Source of the DNA: Neodothiora populina
Lineage: Eukaryota
Assembly: GCF_041146345.1 (NCBI RefSeq)
Contig: NW_027191402.1
Span: 806,001 to 870,000 of the forward strand
Direction: 5' to 3'
Length of the DNA stretch: 64,000 nt
Shown: piece by piece, positions 58,295 to 64,000 of the stretch
How positions within the stretch are numbered: position 1 is the stretch's first letter
How the letters are laid out: each line of letters opens with the position of its first letter
The notes under the pieces: model-generated
What the model was told of the DNA's origin: nothing
Database searches by the model: none
Seen by the model: only the letters and a program-made list of their open reading frames with translations
Position numbers and translations under genes: made by a program

Positions 58295-60057
58295 CTAGAT
58301 CATGTACCTATACCCCTTCTGCATCCTCCTCGCGGCGGCAATGTCGATACCCTCGAGCTCCGCCGTCCTCTGCAATTTCTTGAGGTCTGTCTCGGTCAGG
58401 ACAGCATCGACATTCTCCATGCGTGCGAGCTGATTATTCTGCTTGACGAGGTAGAAGCGCAGCGTGACTCCACACACGCCCGCGAGGATCTGCAGACCGA
58501 TACAGACGCCTAGTGCAGGACGGTAGTGCGGCGCGCTCCACTCAAAGTAAGTGAAGGGTGTCCAGATCGATGCGGAGTTGCCAACGGAGTTTATGAAGGC
58601 TAGTGCGGCGGCTCTTTTGGCGGGTGGGCGGGGAATGGCGTTTGCGATCCAGGCGTAGATCGTGCCGTTCATGGCGAAGACGAAGTTCATGAGGAATAAC
58701 GAGAAGTACTTCGCGCCGAAGGAGTCGGTGGACATGAAAACTACGAGGCCGATGATGCAGACTGGGATTGGGTACATGTAGAACCAGAATCTGTTGCCGA
58801 CTTTGTCGCTCATGACGGAGTGGACGAATGACCAGATGACCATGAAGATGTAGGGTGGCGCGACTAGCAGTAGTGAGACTATGTGGCTGAAGCCTAGTGT
58901 GGCTGTCAACGAAGGGAAGAAGTTCTGGAAACCCGCGGAGCCTGTGATGCCGTGGTAGCCCAAGGCTAGGATATAAGTTTTGGGGTCGGCAAATGCAAGT
59001 TTGATACCGCGCCATTGAGACATCCCGCCGCCTTCGTCAATGTCTGCTTCAGCAGCTTCGATCGCTAGTCGACGATTCGCGATATGTTTGAGTTCTGGAC
59101 TAAGCGCCTTCCATGTATCTGGGAAGTCTGGGAGGACGACTGTGACGACAAGGCCAATCTAGTTGCGGTCGGTCGATTAGTTGTGGTCTCAAATTCCTGT
59201 ACGAGACAGGATGATGGAGTATGCAGTACTCACAAATACTGTAATGACCCCTTCAATGATATAGAGCCATTGCCAAGAATCAATGCCGCGAACACCGTCA
59301 AGCCCACTCAGGATGCCCGCGGCAATGAGGTTACCGAAGGCTCCACTGAGAAGTGATCCAGAGTAAAAGATGGCCATTCGCAAGTTGAGTTCCGACTTTG
59401 AATACCATTTCGACAGGTAGAACAACACGCCTGCGAAGAAGGGTGCTTCGACTAGTCCTAGAATGAATCTGCAGGCGACCATCTGACCATAGTTTTGTAC
59501 TTGACTGGTACAGGCTGAGACGAGTCCCCAAGCAACAATGAAGAACCCTAGGTAGAGGCTGGGGCGTCCTGCATAATTAAGAAGAGCGTTGGATGGGACT
59601 TGCATCAACACCTTGACTGCATATCAGAATGGAGACCTAGTGTAGGAGAACAGGGGATAAGTTCTTACGTAGCCCACGAACAAGATACTGAGCGCAGTCT
59701 GATACTGGGAGTCGTCGAGGCCAAGGTCCTTTTCGAGACCTTGCAGGCGAGCTGCAGCATAGTTGTTCCTGTCAATGTAGTTCATCAGGTACACCAGAAT
59801 GACAAGAGCTGTATGCATATGAAGTCAGCCACCCATATCTAGACAGAGTGGGGATAATCCGTACGCATGATCAAAAGGTCAATATTGCGGACCAACTTTT
59901 TCTGCATCTCCAATTCGTCGTCGGTCAACTGCCCGAACCGCGCGATTGCATCGGCATCAATGCTCTTGCCACCGTCTATGTCATGGTCATGTACATATTC
60001 TTGATGTTCAACATCCGACTTGTGAATGGAATGATGGGTAGAGTCGGTCTTTTCCAT
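58295..60057 (-). CDS. MFS transporter, anion:cation symporter (allantoate/nicotinate/tartrate permease-like) family
   Basis: KLVRNIDL, NYIDRNN..AARL, QVPSN, RFILGLVEAPFF, LRMAIFYSGSLLSGAFG, WQWLYIIEG and KRAAALAFINSVGN; introns near 59.8, 59.6 and 59.2 kb. Confidence 0.92.
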
Positions 60058-60229
60058 GGCAGGGAATTGCTTCCGAAGAAGAAATGTGTGTCGAGTTCGA
60101 AGACGAGGAGTCCTCGAGGATTCAAAACAAGGAAGTCCGAGGTGCTTTTAAAGCATATCAACAACACCAACGATGCATTAGACCACTACTACACTCACCA
60201 AGGACCCACATTTTCATGTTAGCTACGAA

Positions 60230-60253
60230 CGTGGGGAACGCGGGGTCCCCACG
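60230..60253. promoter_or_regulatory. Inverted repeat containing three SYGGRG (CreA/Mig1-type) sites upstream of the MFS transporter
   Basis: CGTGGGGA-ACGCGGGG-TCCCCACG: GTGGGG at 60231, GCGGGG at 60240 and CCCCAC at 60247. Confidence 0.55.
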
Positions 60254-61602
60254 CCTAGTATGCCTTTTCAAGGGATAATGCCTACATGTCACTCTTCCAG
60301 CGAGGTGTTCTGTCGCCCTCGGACATCATTCCGCCGTACAAGCGAACGAGGTTTTGACTCGTATTTGATGGGAGCACAATATCCCGTCCGCGAATGCCGG
60401 CAAAAGGCGAGTGACTCAAGCATGTTCGGTCAGCACTTGACATGCGCAAGCAAGCCCGCGGGAAGCAGCTGGATTGGAGCTTGCCTCGAGCCAGACGCAG
60501 GCAAGCCACCTTTCGCACGTATCGACCTGGACGGCAGCTACTCAGAGCAGCCATGAGTGACTCCACAATGTCCGGTCCATATGACCATCCCTGACGATGA
60601 GACTAAGGTGTGGGAGACCGTTTCAAGCCGCAACTTCTCGGCCTGATCTGTCTGGTGATCAGACTCCAGGAAACAGGCGACCAAGCTATTAGTACGACTT
60701 GGCGGGCAGCGGGCGGAAGTGACCGAGCAGGAGTACTGCACACCTACTCGAAACTCGACTCTGATGAATCTGGTTGATGGAAAAGACAGCAACTTCCAGA
60801 AACCTATGGTCCGTTTCGAGAATCTGATACGAAGCGCTCGGACACCTCACATATATACTCGCTGCTGCATGCGGCCTGCTTGCTTTTTGACGTATCTACT
60901 CCTCTGATGAGAAGAATCGTTTCTGCATCTCGTTTCGTCAATCAGAGGTCGTTGTGATATTAGAGGTGGATGTGGAGCAACCTTTACGCAGTAGCGTGCG
61001 AGCTGCAGTTTCCAAGTGCGGAGTAAGAAGGCTTGGTACTGGGGAATGCGTATGACCCCTGCAGGTTTACAGAAAGTATAATCAAAACAGGAAAGCCGTC
61101 GGGAGAGCTGCATCGAGCGGGGAATAGCATCGCTGGAAATAATTAATGTCTGTGCTAGATGCTGGGGCGTTCGCGCAATCAATTACTATACCGTGAGGTA
61201 TCATGACAACTACCTACGTCAGGCTGATACCCTTCGAGGATCGAGGAAGATACAGTGTGCGTATGCATACTATCTTTCAAGGCCTCGGAAATGTCGGCAC
61301 GTTCGCTAGCAGATAGAGTAACTGAAGATACAGCACTTTTCCCTGGTAGGGTTCTTATTCTGTCACAGCAATTCTGGAATATCTTGTTACTTATTTTGAA
61401 GAGTTTCATCAAGAGTTGCAAGCCTGCAGACACATCACTCCCGCTGCTCAGCAAAGTAAGGGGCATATCGTTTTCATCCATATATGAAGTAACAAGCTAG
61501 GGTCATGGAAATGGACTTGGTCAATAGTCTCCACCATTCCAGGACATAATGCTGGCATGTGTGTATATCCCACACACAATGCGAGTCTTTAGCAGCCGGC
61601 TG

Positions 61603-62031
61603 CTATGCAGTAGCTATCAGTTGACTCTGACTTGATTCCAACAAGGGAATGGCATGATGTTGGGAGGGTAACCCTCCGACGACCCTACTCTTGTTCTTCC
61701 GTCGCACGAAGATCCATACAACCAACAAGTACAGAAAAGGAATCCAAGATAGTGGAACGAAAAGTCCGTAATATATGGCCCCCCAATCTGTGCAGGAGTA
61801 ACCAAAGTCTTTTCCTAGGGGTACCACGGGATAATTCCTCTGAGATGGTACAGGCAACGACAAGCGCAGCAAACACTGTCCAATGTATGCGCCCCTTCTT
61901 ATGCTTGTATGCCGAGAAGAGCTGATATAGCGCGATAGAGCCTTGCACTCCAGCAACCAGCATCCAGTAAACGATGTGTAGTGAGTATGAAGTAGACATG
62001 AAAAGATAAAGGAGCCCGTAAACCAGACCAA
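61603..62031 (-). pseudogene. Fragmented small membrane-protein gene
   Basis: Hydrophobic segments alternate between two frames: IVYWMLVAGV and IHWTVFAALVV in one, AIYYGLFVPLSWIPFLYLLVVWIFVRRK in another. Confidence 0.3.
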
Positions 62032-62130
62032 GGTAAGCCTGCGCTGCGAAGATATATAATATGGGGCGGACTCTTATATGCCTTATCGGGGTTAGTTCTA
62101 CCCTATCCTGTAACAGCTTAATTGTAGCAC

Positions 62131-63430
62131 TTACTTCGTCCTTGGCTCAGGTAGTCCCTTGGTCTCAATTTGCATCCCTAGATGTCGTACCTTGAGCTCC
62201 TTCTTGATTGTCTTTTCTGATATTGTCTCACAGTCTTGGCCGAGATCTTTGCGAAGAGCGGTACCTATGTCTATTACTGCTCTGTATCTGCCTATTCGAC
62301 GACCTTCTCGATCCAGACAGCTGTGCAAGTACGTTTGAATACCAGACAGCACAAAGAATAATCGAGAACAGTGTGGTGCAGAGTAACATGATAAAAAGGC
62401 CTATCAACGTGTTAATGAAGAGCAAGTTCTAGAAGTGTTTTTATACCCCACCTAGAGATGATACACCCCATTGGTATCTATTAGAAGGCTGGCAAACCGC
62501 ATAAGTCTTGACCCAATCGGCAGGATAGACATCGTTGTCACGAAACAAAGAGTCTGTAAATGTCAAATTCAGACGCGCCGGGTCAAGATGATAGATTCTG
62601 TTGTCGTAACTGAATTCGGTTCGACTATTCTGTCCGTCCAGACAAACATCTCTGTACGAGCGGATAAGATCGTAGCTATAGTAGCTACGATAGTAATCTG
62701 AGACTAAAGATGAGTTGCTTGTGACAGTATGATAATAGATCGCCGATGAGCCTTACCTTTGCAATCATTAAGGACATCACTTCCATTCTTAGACGGCATG
62801 CCGCAAGGGTAATGATCCCAGAGGCCTATACGGCTTCCATCTCCGATGAAGTACTGTATCCGGCCCAAATTCCTTGCAGGGAACAGATTTTCATCCTTCA
62901 AATCTCTACAAAAAGGCTCAGAGATGACTTGGTAGCCAGTTATACCTGACGTGATCGTCAGGAATGCCACAAGGTAAGCTGTCAGGTAGATGCAGGCAAA
63001 GACATCAAGTGTCTTACGGACACCTCTTCTTTTCCAGTCCTGATATAGATCTTGCATCAAGACCCATAAGCTTGTGAAGGTACCTGTGTTAAAAGCAGTC
63101 GCTGTATACTTGTCGAAAGATGAATGCCTTGTCTCCATAGAATCCAACAGAGCTTGGCCCAGGACCAGGTATAAGAGCAGCGTGAGTAATGTTTGACCGC
63201 CTCTTCCGACAACAGTATCCCAGGACACGTCAATAAGATTTGCATTCGAGAAAGTCAGATTTCCAGATGCGATGTTGATTGCAAAGAGTCCGGACGGGTG
63301 CCAGTTATCTACTACGCTCTCGGCGAATGCTATAGTACCATCTGGCATGCATTGGATATCAGGTACGTAAATGTGCCTGGTTAGCAGACCTGATAGGATA
63401 GGAGGTGCGAAAGCGACAGCAGTAGAAACC
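62131..63430 (-). pseudogene. Uncharacterised fungal membrane protein gene, apparently disrupted
   Basis: IDVSWDTVVGRGGQ and a TM segment, intron 62756-62704, then VCQPSNRYQWG followed by an in-frame stop. The later TM (LFSIILCAVW) and the GRYRAVIDIG..L..DLG tail lie in different frames. Start not located. Confidence 0.5.
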
Positions 63431-64000
63431 TAGAAATTGCTGTGATCTTATGGCGTTCGCCGTACGTGTGGTGGAACCTGATGCAAGGTTCTCTGATAGT
63501 ATCCCAGTGAGGCAGTCGCTTTTGAACAGAAGACAGATGAGTACGAAAGGAAGCCATCTTTATTTAAATTTCTTGACAACACCAGAAATGGTCCGATCTA
63601 AGGGCGGGACGGAAGGAGATAGATGTGGGTCCTCTTATACAGCGACGAACAACCGCTGAACGTGACCGCAGAGTTGCCATAGTAAGACCTATAACAATGC
63701 AATGCGCTCATAGATGCTTTGCAGTGTAGCAAGCCGCGTGGGCATCAACTACGATAATTGCGCTGTACTGGCGGAAGACCAACCACCAAGCTGAAGCACC
63801 GCTACGCCAATCTCCTCATACCTGGGTTCTCAACTTCAGCTAGGGGAATGAGGTGGGCGGCCGAGCAATCGCGGACTCTGGTGCTGTGCATCGAGTTCCG
63901 CATACAGCCCTTGTAGATACACCACATAAGGAAGGATCCATATGGTGATTGGCATTGCAAGCTGACGTGGCGTTGAAGTGTGCTACATGCAAAGGCAAGA

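Noticed and set aside
61179..61481. ORF with a helix (SAGLQLLMKLFKISNKIF) vaguely like HeLo-like/SesA NLR N-termini
   Set aside because: Too short and no downstream P-loop NTPase; similarity is not convincing.

Overview
Gene-dense eukaryotic window from a filamentous ascomycete. Short GT-AG introns with CTRAY branch points and fungal housekeeping genes are visible; a Dothideomycete-like origin is my inference. Conserved genes, in order: 3' end of a fungal transcription factor, KRE2/MNT1-family mannosyltransferase, PAT1, VPS15, a small hydrophilic protein, GUA1, an epoxide-hydrolase-like enzyme, a HeLo-domain protein, a YdfG-type SDR, an EF-hand type II NADH dehydrogenase, a DPB3-like histone-fold protein, a CLC channel, MLH1, a frameshifted FAD oxidoreductase, a HAD hydrolase, PPG1, URB1, a PTH11-like membrane protein, an MFS transporter and degenerate membrane-protein genes. 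Three observations stand out. (1) Six apparently orphan ORFs in two islands (23.5-28 kb and 40.9-48 kb) share an ungapped motif [GS][EA]xxx[STV]xxxAxxS[LIV] and an upstream 'A..hFP' helix; four also carry an N-terminal CxC and a C-terminal CxxCG. This is a candidate uncharacterised, locally expanded zinc-clasped protein family. (2) The KRE2 UGA-C stop is followed in frame by 80 open codons encoding a clear transmembrane helix and a basic tail, suggesting stop-codon readthrough. (3) A small secreted peptide precursor with an X-Pro dipeptide pro-region. No rRNA, tRNA, CRISPR array or intact transposon was recognised. All calls were made by eye; no database searches were run.
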